From the NCBI GenBank assembly GCA_963770895.1, contig CAVYRF010000002.1, positions 5,632,001 through 5,696,000 of the forward strand: a stretch of DNA of 64,000 bases. Direction: 5' to 3'. This document shows, piece after piece, positions 19,319 through 31,182 of the stretch (the stretch's first letter is position 1; each line of letters opens with the position of its first letter). Under the pieces are notes generated by a model. That model saw only the letters and a list, made by a program, of their open reading frames with translations. It searched no databases and was not told the origin of the DNA. Position numbers and translations under genes: made by a program. Source of the DNA: an uncultured Acidobacteriota bacterium (GTDB lineage Bacteria > Acidobacteriota > Thermoanaerobaculia > Multivoradales > UBA5704).

Positions 19319-20374
19319 TCAGACGAATAGCCGTTCGTTCATCCGCTCCACTACGGCGGAGACGTGCGCCTCGGACAAGTGCTGATACCGGCGCACCATT
19401 GCAAGTCCTTTGTGGCCGGCGATCGTCGCCAGCTCACTGAGTGTTGCACCGCACATCGCCATCTCGGACAGCGCTGCGTGCCGTAGGTCGTGGAATCGCA
19501 GGGCGGGCAGGCCGGCTGCGGTCCGAGCCGATTCCCAAGCCTTCCGTGGGAACGAGGACCGTCCGCGATCGTCGGCAAAGACAAGATCTGTTCCCAGCCG
19601 CCGGACCTGACGCCTCTCTCGAAGGAGGTCTAGCGCAAGGCTTGCAAGTGGGAGCGATCGGCGCTCTTTGTTCTTCGTCTGATTCAGTACAGCAATTTTC
19701 CGTGCCAAGTCGATATCGGCCCATCGAAGCCCGGTTAGTTCCGACTGTCGGGCCGCGGTGCTCAGCGCGAGCACGGTGAGTGCATACAACCGGTCGTCAC
19801 CCGACGCCTGGCAAGCTTCCAGGAGGCGCCTCCGCTGCTCGACGGTCAGCGAGACGATGCGGCCCTGCGGCTCCGCCGGCCGACGAACTCGCCTTACCGG
19901 GTTTTCTCCGAGGAGTTCACGCTCACGGACGGCGTAGGTGAAAAGGTGGCTCAAGGTCGCAAGGTAGCGAACTTGCGTGGCCGGCGCAGCTGGTCGGCCG
20001 GACGGTCCCTCGCCGGCTCTCAGACGGTCGCGGCACTCTGCGACCGCTGCGGCGGTAACCTCCGTGACTCGGTAGGCCCCAAGATGCTGAACCCACCACC
20101 TCAGGTGCGACCGCCGCTGGCGTGCGTCCACATCCACCCGTGACGACAGCACCGCGGCTTCGTAGTCCCGAACGAGATCCGCAACGGTGACCCGCCGGCG
20201 GGCTTCATCAGGACGAAGCCTACCGTCCCGGATCGCGGACTCGGCTCCATGGGACCACTGCACCGCGTCGGTTCGCCGGCGGAATGTCTTCGTAAAGCTC
20301 GGGCGACCGGGCAACCGAACGACAGCGGTGTAGGTCGTGCCCTTCTTCCCCCTATAGGTGCGAATCCAGGCCAC
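19319..20374 (-). CDS. Tyrosine integrase
   Basis: TAARQSEL, TKN, FHDLRH, GHK...RRY; adjacent to attR. Confidence 0.95.
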   Translation of the reverse strand: MAWIRTYRGKKGTTYTAVVRLPGRPSFTKTFRRRTDAVQWSHGAESAIRDGRLRPDEARRRVTVADLVRDYEAAVLSSRVDVDARQRRSHLRWWVQHLGAYRVTEVTAAAVAECRDRLRAGEGPSGRPAAPATQVRYLATLSHLFTYAVRERELLGENPVRRVRRPAEPQGRIVSLTVEQRRRLLEACQASGDDRLYALTVLALSTAARQSELTGLRWADIDLARKIAVLNQTKNKERRSLPLASLALDLLRERRQVRRLGTDLVFADDRGRSSFPRKAWESARTAAGLPALRFHDLRHAALSEMAMCGATLSELATIAGHKGLAMVRRYQHLSEAHVSAVVERMNERLFV

Positions 20375-20501
20375 TGCCCTTGCCCTCCCCGAGTTTTGAT
20401 GCAGTGTTGTTGCAGCGCATCACAACAGTGTACAGCATCTGACACCGCTTGCAATAAGCGTTTGCAGGGGATAGCATCAGGCCGTGGAGAGCAAGGTTAC
20501 A

Positions 20502-20558
20502 GACTCAAAATCCTCCGCTCGCAAGGGCGTGCGGGTTCGACTCCCGCCTTCGGCACCA
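20502..20558 (+). repeat. attR, duplicated 3' part of tRNA-Leu
   Basis: Identical to 7532-7588. Confidence 0.95.
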
Positions 20559-20639
20559 AAATACGCTCAGTAGAATCAAAAACTTGTCTCGAAGAGGCCG
20601 GCGACCCACCCGGATTGCCTTCATACCGGCTCCGGGCGG

Positions 20640-21398
20640 TCAGTGCGGCCTGCAAGGGGCGACGAAGTTGAGGGTCAGGGAATAGAAGACCTTGACCGGG
20701 TGACCGTCGAGCTGTGCCGGCTCGAAGGTCCAGGCGCGGACCGCGTCGAACACGGCGAGGGTCATCAGCGGATTCGACGATTTGACCAGCTCGACATCGG
20801 TGACGTGACCCTTGGCGTCGATGACCGAATCGAGGACCACGATACCGGGGATGCAGGCTTGCCGCAGGCCCTGGGGATAGACGGGCGGCGGCGCGGTCAG
20901 CTTGCGCGGCCTGGTCACCTGGGAAAGCTGGTACACGCTGGCAGCGCTCTTCGCCTGCGCCTCGGCGAAAGCGGCGCTTGGCCACGGTTTATGGACATCG
21001 CCGTGGCGCAGCTGCTGACCGGGGTCGCCGTAGACGGAGAGGTCCACCTTGGCCACCTGGAGATCGATCGACTCGGCCGCGCGCAGATGCCAGAGCGCGT
21101 CGTCGGTCAGACCCAGACCTTCCTCGGCGACGGCCTGCTCCAGGATCGCCATGCCGAGCAGTGGCAGGAATGCCGTGCGGTCCCAAACGCGGTTTTCGAT
21201 ATCCTGCTCGACTCTCCGGCTGATGCCGAGCGCGTCCTGCCACTTTCCCGCCCGCAGATCCTGATCAGCCGCGTGCAGGCTGTCGGTCCACCCCGATGCG
21301 GCAGTACTGTTGCTGGAGAAGGGAGCGCGCTGGGCGATAGCCGGCATGGCCGATGCGGCGATCGCCGTCACCACCACGCAAATTTTCAGAATGTGCAT
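20640..21398 (-). CDS. Secreted TonB C-terminal domain protein
   Basis: Signal peptide; PPPVYP...GIVVLDSVIDAKGHV...AVRAWTFEPAQLDGHPV. Confidence 0.8.
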   Translation of the reverse strand: MHILKICVVVTAIAASAMPAIAQRAPFSSNSTAASGWTDSLHAADQDLRAGKWQDALGISRRVEQDIENRVWDRTAFLPLLGMAILEQAVAEEGLGLTDDALWHLRAAESIDLQVAKVDLSVYGDPGQQLRHGDVHKPWPSAAFAEAQAKSAASVYQLSQVTRPRKLTAPPPVYPQGLRQACIPGIVVLDSVIDAKGHVTDVELVKSSNPLMTLAVFDAVRAWTFEPAQLDGHPVKVFYSLTLNFVAPCRPH

Positions 21399-21621
21399 GC
21401 TCGCCATTCTATCGCGAGGCTGGCGGGCTCCGCCAATGCAGGCGCGCCGCCGGGCGCGGGCGGCAAGCCGAGCCACTTGACGGCCCTGATGCAGCCGCGA
21501 ACCCGTCAAACGTTGCTTCGCCGTGGTCCGGGGGCCGCCACTCCTCGAGCAGCGCTTCGATCCGCGACCGCACCCGCTCCAGCACAGGCCGCGGCCGGGC
21601 TGCGGCGAGGACGACCTTGGC

Positions 21622-22107
21622 TTATTCTTCGTAGATGCCAATAATAAGGAGCCATGCGCCAGATATTAGGAACGCGAATAAAACAATCGTTGCGATAGCA
21701 GCGATGTACAGCCCTGCGCCGTATCCGAGAACCAGGCAAATGGCGCCTACAACCTCGGCGAGGTGACAAATCGTGCCACCGGCGAGCCGCGGCACGTTCA
21801 ATCCAATGGAGCTCATGCCCGATCTGAGAGCTATCACGTAGCCCCTGATAAAGATGGTTAGTGCGATGACCCAGACGGCGAGCCACTCGAAACCGACCGC
21901 TCCAAGATGTTGATTTCCGATAAGCGCAAAACCGCATGTCATAAAAATTGCCGTGAAGCTTGTGAGCATGTTGATTGCTCTGTTTTTATGCGTATGGTTG
22001 CGGATAATGATGTCGGGCTTGATCGACATCGCGACAAAAATCAAACCTGCAAGCGTCGCCGCGCCGCCGCCTACCATGACAAAAAAGTTATTCCATTGAT
22101 CTGCCAT
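21622..22107 (-). CDS. Multi-TM membrane protein
   Basis: WNNFFVMVGGGAATLAGLIFVAMS; about five TM helices. Confidence 0.7.
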   Translation of the reverse strand: MADQWNNFFVMVGGGAATLAGLIFVAMSIKPDIIIRNHTHKNRAINMLTSFTAIFMTCGFALIGNQHLGAVGFEWLAVWVIALTIFIRGYVIALRSGMSSIGLNVPRLAGGTICHLAEVVGAICLVLGYGAGLYIAAIATIVLFAFLISGAWLLIIGIYEE

Positions 22108-22293
22108 GAAATATTGTCCTCAGTTCTGCTTCCCTTTGTCGGCGGTCGAGGTCACCCGTCCCAGACCTGCAAGCTCCTCGACCATGGCGATCGCAGAGTC
22201 GCGCTCGGCGCCGGCCGCAGGCGCTTTCCGAACCACCGCCGCCAAGCGCGATGCGCCGTCATCGTTCAGGCCCCTGTCGCCGCCGCCCCAGCC

Positions 22294-22908
22294 TCAGGAT
22301 CGCGGCTTACGGAGCGGCCGGCCGCCGATCCCGAGCCGCCGCCATCCGGCATGCCCCAAGCGGCGCAGCGTTTCCTGATTCTTGGCGAAGATCGCGGCCG
22401 GGTCGGGAAAGGCGGCCACAGCGCGCTCGACGCTCGCCTGCCGCAGCAGCTGGAGGATGGGGTAGGGGGATCGGTTGGTGTAGTTCTCGATGTCCTCCGG
22501 GGCGGTACCCGCGAACTGGTAGGCGGGGTGGAAGCTCGCGATTTGCAACACGCTGCCGAGGCCAAGGTCGGCCAGCGCCGACTCGGCAACGGCCAGAAAA
22601 TCATTGTAGATGCCGAAATCGCCGAGCACCCGCGGATGGATCACCAGTGTCGTCTCGATCTCGCCGGGGTCGCAGTCGGCGAGGCGCAGCATCTCGTCGA
22701 GGACCTCGCCGAGGAGCGCGGCCGGCGTCGTTGCCTCGCTCACCGCGTAGCGGATGCGCCGCTGCAAATGGACCGGCCGTGCGAACGGGCAGAGGTCGAG
22801 GTCGATCACCGCCCGCTCCAGCCAGTCGCGCGTCGCCGCAATCACCGCCTCCGGCGCCACGACCGCACCGCCACCCTCCGCCGCACCCTGTCTGCGCCGC
22901 CCGGCCAT
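22294..22908 (-). CDS. DUF1415 family protein
   Basis: WLERAVIDLDLCPFA, ETTLVIHP, QIASFHP, NYTNRSPYP.L.LLR. Confidence 0.85.
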   Translation of the reverse strand: MAGRRRQGAAEGGGAVVAPEAVIAATRDWLERAVIDLDLCPFARPVHLQRRIRYAVSEATTPAALLGEVLDEMLRLADCDPGEIETTLVIHPRVLGDFGIYNDFLAVAESALADLGLGSVLQIASFHPAYQFAGTAPEDIENYTNRSPYPILQLLRQASVERAVAAFPDPAAIFAKNQETLRRLGHAGWRRLGIGGRPLRKPRS

Positions 22909-22922
22909 GGCCGCTAGTCAGA

Positions 22923-23048
22923 CTAGACGGGCCAGCGAGGTACTTCGCGCAGACCGAGATGACAACTTGCGGTATCCCGAGCCACAGCGGTAGCAGCCTC
23001 AAGATGCCACTCGAAGGTCTGCCCTCGCAGCTCGTACTGAGCACCCAT
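22923..23048 (-). pseudogene. Truncated BrnT-like toxin relic
   Basis: MGAQYELRGQTFEW resembles BrnT N-termini, then similarity is lost. Confidence 0.5.
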
Positions 23049-23056
23049 TGCGAGCG

Positions 23057-23085
23057 AGTGTATATACGTTGTACATGTGTGTCAA
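23057..23085 (-). promoter_or_regulatory. Sigma70 promoter with palindromic operator-like motifs
   Basis: TTGACA-17bp-TACACT containing gtatatac and tgtaca. Confidence 0.7.
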
Positions 23086-23223
23086 ACGCCGTCCCGGTGG
23101 TAGCCTGGTGGCAACAGGGGCAAACACTCGAGCAGAGAAACGCTCAGCGAGCACAGAACTCTTCGGATCGACCTGGACAGTATGATCGGCGCCAGTCATC
23201 ATTTCTCAACGTAAAGGCTCAAG

Positions 23224-23643
23224 ATGAACGATCAAGAAACGAAGGAGCAGTCTTCTGGAGTGCGAGATCGAGAGATCCGCGCGGCACTGGATCAGCATTG
23301 GGCGGCGTCCGATGCCAACGATTTTGAAACGGAGCACCGCATCTATCACGAGGATGCGGTGCTGGAATACCCTCAGTCAGGCGAGCGAACTCGGGGTCGA
23401 CGCAACATACAGAATCAACGCTCCAGGCAGCCGAGCCAAAAGCGGTTTGCTGTCCGACGAATCATCGGCGGCGGTGATCTTTGGATCACCGAGCTCATCC
23501 TGACCTATGACGGCAAGCCCTCCTACACCGTGAGCATCATGGAGTTCAGGGACGACAAGGTCGCCCGCGAAACACAGTACTTTACGGATCCATTCACGGC
23601 GCCCGCCTGGCGCGCTCAATGGGTCGAACAGATGGATACATAA
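23224..23643 (+). CDS. SnoaL/NTF2-like protein
   Basis: IYHEDAVLEYPQSGER.RGR.NI, VSIMEFRDDKVARETQYF. Confidence 0.85.
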   Translation: MNDQETKEQSSGVRDREIRAALDQHWAASDANDFETEHRIYHEDAVLEYPQSGERTRGRRNIQNQRSRQPSQKRFAVRRIIGGGDLWITELILTYDGKPSYTVSIMEFRDDKVARETQYFTDPFTAPAWRAQWVEQMDT

Positions 23644-23673
23644 TCCCGACGACCTGGCTCTGGACCCTGGCGT

Positions 23674-23982
23674 TCAGGCGGCACTATGCAGCGGCCTTGC
23701 CCGCTCGATCCGTTCACGCTCACGCGGGCTGTGCATTGCCTTCCAAAGGTCGGTGCGCCGCTGGACATTCAGCCAGAATTCGGGGCTGTTGCCGAAGACC
23801 CGTGCGAGGATGAGTGCGGTTGCGGCGGTCACGGCTCGGCGCTCGTTGCACAGTTCGTTGACGTGCTTGCGTTGGACGCCCATTGCTTCTGCCAGGGCAA
23901 CTTGGGTGAGGCCCATTGGCGCCATGAATTCTTCGACCAGGATCTCTGCCACACTCGCCGGCTTGCGCCTCGTATTCAACAT
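23674..23982 (-). CDS. higA: HigA antitoxin
   Basis: EILVEEFMAPMGLTQ.ALA...FGNSPEFWLNVQ. Confidence 0.9.
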   Translation of the reverse strand: MLNTRRKPASVAEILVEEFMAPMGLTQVALAEAMGVQRKHVNELCNERRAVTAATALILARVFGNSPEFWLNVQRRTDLWKAMHSPRERERIERARPLHSAA

Positions 23983-23990
23983 GACTCACC

Positions 23991-24287
23991 TCACTCGTAG
24001 CTGTGATCGTCGAGATGGAGGCTGCTGGCCTCACCCTTGCCACCATCCCACTGGAAGATCAGCCGCCATTGTTTGTTCACGCGGATCGAATGGAAGCCAA
24101 CCAGATGGCCACCTAACTTCTCGAAGTGGTTGCTCGGCGGAGCTCGCAAGTCCTGATCCGTCATCGCATCGTCGATCATCTGAATCTTGCGGAAGAGGCG
24201 GCTCTCCAGATCGGACGGGATCTTCCTCGCTCGCACGTCGTCAACGAAGAATTCGCGCAACCAGTCGTCCCGAAAGCTCACGATCAT
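23991..24287 (-). CDS. higB: HigB (RelE-family) toxin
   Basis: MIVSFRD, DLRAPPSNHFEKL, HSIRVNKQWRLIF, DDH; toxin gene precedes antitoxin. Confidence 0.9.
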   Translation of the reverse strand: MIVSFRDDWLREFFVDDVRARKIPSDLESRLFRKIQMIDDAMTDQDLRAPPSNHFEKLGGHLVGFHSIRVNKQWRLIFQWDGGKGEASSLHLDDHSYE

Positions 24288-24554
24288 TCCGTTGCTCCAG
24301 GTAGGGTCAGTGTACCACCCAGCGGGACGAATTGGCAGCTCGGCGGCGAGCTGCTGCCGTTCCCAGCTCGCAGCCTACGAGCAGGGCGGGCCGCCCAAGC
24401 TCAGGCTGCACGCTGGGAACCTCAAAATTCGCCTGAGCCAAACCAGTGTGCGGTGATAGGAAACACCGCGAGATTCCGAAAGGTATGGGTAGGGCGGCAA
24501 TCAGGCCGCCGCGATACCCCCTCTCGCGAGGTGCGAGGGAGAGGAGCCAATCCT

Positions 24555-25841
24555 GTGCGGAATCTGGTCTTGCGGGCTGCTGCGATGGGCGTGCTTTGGG
24601 TGACACCGGCGTTCGCGCTCGGTGGGTTCGGGGTGACCAACGTGCCGATCGGACCGTTCGGGACCTGGGCGGGGACCGCCGGGGCTGTGCCGCTGGTCGG
24701 GGACTTCAGCGGCAGCGGCAAGTCGGGAATCGCTCTCGTCGGCGTCGGGAGCTGGCAATCGGTGCCAGTGGCGCTGTCGAACGGTGACGGCACCTGGAAC
24801 GTGGTCAATCAACCGTTCGGCGTCTTTCCAGGTCTGGCGGCGACGCCGGGCGTGCAGTTCGTCGTCGGCGACTTCAACGGCGATCACAAGGCGGATATCG
24901 CTCTCGTCGGCGGCGCGGGCTGGACCTCGATACCGATCGCGTTCTCGAACGGCGACGGTACGTTCTCGATGAGCAACCTCCCCAGTTCGTTCGCCCAGCT
25001 GGCCTCGACTCCAGGCGCCAGGGTGGTGGCAGGCGATTTCACCGGCGACGGCAAGACCGACCTCGCGATGATCGACACCCAGAACGCCGCGACGCTCCTA
25101 TCGGTAGCGATTTCGAACGGCGACGGGACGTTCAGGGTCGTACAGAGCGGCAGCCCCCTCGTGCCGCTCGCCCAGTCGGCCGCCATCGACATCCTGGTGG
25201 GGGACTGGAACGGTGACGGCAAGGCCGACCTGGCGCTCGTCGGCTACCAGACTTCCGGTATCCCGGTGGGGCTGTCGAACGGCGACGGCACCTTCACCTA
25301 TGTCAACCAGCAGATTCCGGTCTTCTCCGACTGGGCCGACGAACCGGGCGTCCAGGCGCACGTCGGCAGGTTCGACGGCGGTACCAGGGACGAAATCGCC
25401 CTCACCGGGTCGAGCACGAGCTTCGGGGGCGTCCCGGTGAACGCCGGGACGAGCTCGAGCTTCTGGGGCACCATCCCTTTGGCGGTGTCGAACGGCGACG
25501 GCACGTTCACCTTCGGCAATCAGTTCGTCCCCGACTTCCAATCCTGGACGTCCGTCCCTGGCACCCAGGTGGTGGCGGGCGACTTCAACGGCGACGGCAA
25601 GACCGACCTGGCCATCATCGGTCCCAGCACGTGGCAGACCCTGCCGGTGGCATTCTCGACCGGCGGCGGCAATTTCACCGTCGCCAGCACCATCATCGTC
25701 GATTTCGCCAGCTGGACGGCCGGCGCCACGGTGCTGACCGGCGACTTCAACGCCGACGGCAAGACCGACGTGGCCCTGACCGGCCCCTCGTCGTGGCAGT
25801 CAGTGCCCGTCGCGTTCTCGCTCTCCTCTGGGCTTCAATAA
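24555..25841 (+). CDS. Secreted FG-GAP/VCBS repeat beta-propeller
   Basis: gaggag RBS + GTG, signal peptide, repeats of GDFNGDGKxDLA...SNGDGTF. Confidence 0.88.
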   Translation: MRNLVLRAAAMGVLWVTPAFALGGFGVTNVPIGPFGTWAGTAGAVPLVGDFSGSGKSGIALVGVGSWQSVPVALSNGDGTWNVVNQPFGVFPGLAATPGVQFVVGDFNGDHKADIALVGGAGWTSIPIAFSNGDGTFSMSNLPSSFAQLASTPGARVVAGDFTGDGKTDLAMIDTQNAATLLSVAISNGDGTFRVVQSGSPLVPLAQSAAIDILVGDWNGDGKADLALVGYQTSGIPVGLSNGDGTFTYVNQQIPVFSDWADEPGVQAHVGRFDGGTRDEIALTGSSTSFGGVPVNAGTSSSFWGTIPLAVSNGDGTFTFGNQFVPDFQSWTSVPGTQVVAGDFNGDGKTDLAIIGPSTWQTLPVAFSTGGGNFTVASTIIVDFASWTAGATVLTGDFNADGKTDVALTGPSSWQSVPVAFSLSSGLQ

Positions 25842-25855
25842 CGCGCAAATCGCCG

Positions 25856-25901
25856 GAGGCGAGGTCGCCCGAGACGCCCCGCGTCTGGCCGACCTCGCCT
25901 C
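25856..25901. terminator. Hairpin between convergent genes
   Basis: gaggcgaggtcg...cgacctcgcctc. Confidence 0.55.
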
Positions 25902-25954
25902 GGCTCGGCGAGTTGTGCCGTCAGTCACAAATGGCGCCTGAGCCACCTGCGACG

Positions 25955-26671
25955 TCAGGGCTGCTGCGGCGGCTGGCGCAGATCGCGCTGGAAGCGCGGA
26001 TCGATCTCGGGGGTGTCGAACTCGTCGCTCAAGCCGGTCACGGAGAGGAGCTGACCCGGCGCGAGGCCGCTCAGGTCGATGCCCGTCGAGGTGTTGACGA
26101 AGATGCGTATGGGGCCTGAGCCGTCGTCGAGCAGCACCTGGGTGCCGAAGGGCGGGTCGGGCGCCAGGGGCTGGGTGATCACTCCGACAACCCGGACCAG
26201 CAGGCCCTGGTTAGCGGTGCCGACGCTACCGGTGCGCAGCCAGAGGGGCCTCACCCTGTGCCCACGGCCGCGGACCTCCACGTCGGCGGTGGTCGCGGGC
26301 ACGAGGATCAGGAAGCCATTGCTGTCCGCGAGCTTACCGGTGACCAGGACCCGCTGGCGCAGGTTGAGGCCGAGGTTCGTCGCAACGCTCACGTAGATTC
26401 CGCCGGTGCCGTCCTGGATGGCGAAGCCCTGGTCGAGGCTGCCGCCGGAGGAGAGCAATCCCGAGGGGACTGTGACCGACCCTTCGACTGTGACCACGGT
26501 CCCCAGCGACAGTGCGCGGGCGGCGCCGATCTCCATCGGCAGCGGCTCGTGCGCCGCGCTCGGGGCAGCTGCTGGAGAGACTGCGGAGACCGCGGGGGCC
26601 GCGGCGAAGGCGACACAAACGGCGAGGCAGCCTGCGGCTCGCCTGGCGATGGCTGGCAGCATTGGGGTCAT
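25955..26671 (-). CDS. Secreted tandem OB-fold protein
   Basis: Signal peptide; VTVEGSVT..., FAIQDGTGGIYV, LDDGSGPIRIFV. Confidence 0.75.
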   Translation of the reverse strand: MTPMLPAIARRAAGCLAVCVAFAAAPAVSAVSPAAAPSAAHEPLPMEIGAARALSLGTVVTVEGSVTVPSGLLSSGGSLDQGFAIQDGTGGIYVSVATNLGLNLRQRVLVTGKLADSNGFLILVPATTADVEVRGRGHRVRPLWLRTGSVGTANQGLLVRVVGVITQPLAPDPPFGTQVLLDDGSGPIRIFVNTSTGIDLSGLAPGQLLSVTGLSDEFDTPEIDPRFQRDLRQPPQQP

Positions 26672-26997
26672 GGGGGCTCCTTTCGCCTCGAGCTCTCTTT
26701 GCGAGAGCGGTTCCGCGGCGCGCTCGGGGAGCCGTGCGCGCTTCTGCACTTCGATAGAGAGGCAATCGTCATATTACTACGAGCCATAAGGTTTTGAAAT
26801 CCCGGGAAGCGAGTGCAGCCGGTTGAAGTGATGGTGTCGAAGACGCCCGCGAGCTCCAGATGGAGGTCATGGGAGGGGGAGCCGTTGTTGTACGGGCGGT
26901 CAAGTCGCAGGGACGCTGACTGACGGGTGTCACTCCCCCGAGAAGAACCATTGCATGAACTTCTCGGCGACGTCGGGCGTCAGCTCCTGGATGGCGC

Positions 26998-27393
26998 TCA
27001 GACCATTTTGATTTCGATCAGGCCAGCGAGAGGAACAAAGGCATCCTGGTCGCGGGAGTAGAGGACCAGGCCGTGGGCGAATGCCGTGGCGGCGATCCAT
27101 AGATCCATGACCCTGGATCTCGGCTGGTGCCCGGCGAGCTTGACGGTATGAGCAATGCGCGCGAAGGCGCGGGCCACCGACGCATCGATCAGAATGGGTT
27201 GGAAGCCCGCTTCCACTTGACCGAGGCGCAGCAGGCGGTGCTGCCTGGTTTGGTCATCCCTGGCGGCAAGCACTCCGTAGTGCAACTCGGCGAGGGTTGC
27301 CACTGAGATTGCGGCTTCGTCGGGTAGGCCTTCGAGCCGCAATTGGTCGGGGTGAGCGATGAGGACGGAGGTATCGAGAAGTCCCCGGTTCAC
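26998..27393 (-). CDS. vapC: VapC-like PIN toxin
   Basis: LLDTSVLI, SVATLAEL, DLWIAATA, LYSRD; GTGA overlap with antitoxin. Confidence 0.9.
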   Translation of the reverse strand: MNRGLLDTSVLIAHPDQLRLEGLPDEAAISVATLAELHYGVLAARDDQTRQHRLLRLGQVEAGFQPILIDASVARAFARIAHTVKLAGHQPRSRVMDLWIAATAFAHGLVLYSRDQDAFVPLAGLIEIKMV

Positions 27394-27650
27394 TCGCGCT
27401 CCCACCGGGCGGCGGGATCTTCCAACGCACCGGATAGCTCAGACACGTCATCGAAGAAGCGGGGATCGCGCACTCCGGCGAGCAACATCGGCAGGTACGC
27501 TGTCTTGTTCACCCATTGCCGGCGTGGCAAGGGGCCAAGCTCGGCCACGGGTCTGCCGCCCACCGTGATCGTCAGCTGCTCACCTGCTTCGGCGCGCCGC
27601 AGCATTTCTCCGCTGTGGTTCCTGAGTTCACGATGAGGAATCGTTGCCAT
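27390..27650 (-). CDS. Phd/YefM antitoxin
   Basis: MATIPHRELRNHSGEMLRRAEAGEQLTITVGGRPVAEL. Confidence 0.9.
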   Translation of the reverse strand: MATIPHRELRNHSGEMLRRAEAGEQLTITVGGRPVAELGPLPRRQWVNKTAYLPMLLAGVRDPRFFDDVSELSGALEDPAARWERE

Positions 27651-27659
27651 GGGCCAACC

Positions 27660-27675
27660 GTAGCACAAATGCTAC
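27660..27675. promoter_or_regulatory. Probable TA operator palindrome
   Basis: gtagca-caaa-tgctac overlapping the -10 (TACGGT) of the antitoxin gene. Confidence 0.6.
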
Positions 27676-27815
27676 GCAGGTAGCGGGCACGCTTGGCGCG
27701 TAGTGGAGCAGCGAGATGAAGTACGGCCGTTTAGCCGGGTGCGACTCACCGTGGTCCGCCGCCCGTCGCGGCTCGGCTTTGCGGCCATGAGTAGGCGCGC
27801 GGGCGGGGCGGCCGC

Positions 27816-28004
27816 TCACTGCGGCGGCGGGCCTGCCTGACGGCTGCCGAATTTCTTTGCTGCCCCGGCGACGCCGAGGCCGAGCAGGACCACCACGCCG
27901 GCGCCGATCCAGTGGCTCGGCATATGCGCCAGGCTGGCAGCCCAGGCAAGGCCGGCTACGGCAATCACGAAACCAACAAGATAAATGACGCTCGTCGAGG
28001 ACAT
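27816..28004 (-). CDS. Small 2-TM protein
   Basis: aggagg RBS; MSSTSVIYLVGFVIAVAGLAWAA...WIGAGVVVLLGLG. Confidence 0.75.
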   Translation of the reverse strand: MSSTSVIYLVGFVIAVAGLAWAASLAHMPSHWIGAGVVVLLGLGVAGAAKKFGSRQAGPPPQ

Positions 28005-28280
28005 CGCCACCTCCTGCGACGCGAGCTTTGCATTCCGCACGCCAACTTGCGGGCTTTGCATCGCCTTCCACAGGCTTGCGGTTTCCCTGCTATTGCGCTA
28101 CTTAGGAACTGTGTGCGCCACTGTGGGAACCGAGGTGCGCTGGCTGGCGATCTCGACGATACCCACCTGCGGCACCCACTCTGCGGCTCAGTTCATCTGC
28201 ACCACCTGAGTCGAGAAGAGCCAAAGCTGGCCTGAGCCGCTGCTCTCCGCATCCCTGAGACACTAGACTGCCGCGGGGAG

Positions 28281-30734
<2,454 letters not shown>

Positions 30735-30932
30735 CGGGAGGTCGTCCGCCGATCCCGTCGGCGTCAGGGAGCCCCGGCGTCAGGGCGGGAAGGCGGAGTT
30801 GTCCAGGCCTCCGTTCCCGAATGGCAATTGGGCGGTGGTCGCGGAACCAGTGCTGTACGGCACCCTTCCATCGGAAGAAGGCTTCGTGCCACCGCGCATC
30901 CGGCGCGGACCGGCGCCGAAGCGAGGACTGCC

Positions 30933-31082
30933 ATGAAAAAGCGGGCCCTGAAGCTCAGCCTCAACAGCGAAACGGTGCGTGGCCTCAACACCCAGACCGA
31001 CCTGCGTCCCGTCGCCGGCGGCTCGCAGAACCACACGCTGTGCGGCCTCCAGACCGGCTGCGCGTACTCCTGCGAGTGCTAG
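30933..31082 (+). CDS. RiPP precursor peptide (49 aa, double-Gly leader, Cys-rich core)
   Basis: gagga RBS; MKKRALKLSLNSETVRGLNTQTDLRPVAGG|SQNHTLCGLQTGCAYSCEC. Confidence 0.85.
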   Translation: MKKRALKLSLNSETVRGLNTQTDLRPVAGGSQNHTLCGLQTGCAYSCEC

Positions 31083-31122
31083 TTCGCACCTTCCCCTCGC
31101 ATTGATCGATCCGTCTGTCGCC

Positions 31123-31182
31123 GCATCCGCCGCACCCGCCCTGCTCGCCACACGCGGGCTGGACGGGTGCGGCAGCGGATGC
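31123..31182 (+). promoter_or_regulatory. Long stem-loop downstream of precursor
   Basis: gcatccgccgcacccg...cgggtgcggcagcggatgc. Confidence 0.6.

Larger units (their letters stand above)
7589..20558. mobile_element. ~13 kb tRNA-Leu-integrated island (int, xis, RCR Rep, defence-like cargo, two transposons)
   Basis: 57-bp att direct repeats, integrase next to attR, visibly lower GC than flanks. Confidence 0.93.

Noticed and set aside
20502-20558. Second tRNA-Leu gene
   Set aside because: Lacks the 5' acceptor strand and D-arm; it is attR
24600-25820. Repeated DNA motifs resembling an array
   Set aside because: Explained by FG-GAP protein repeats
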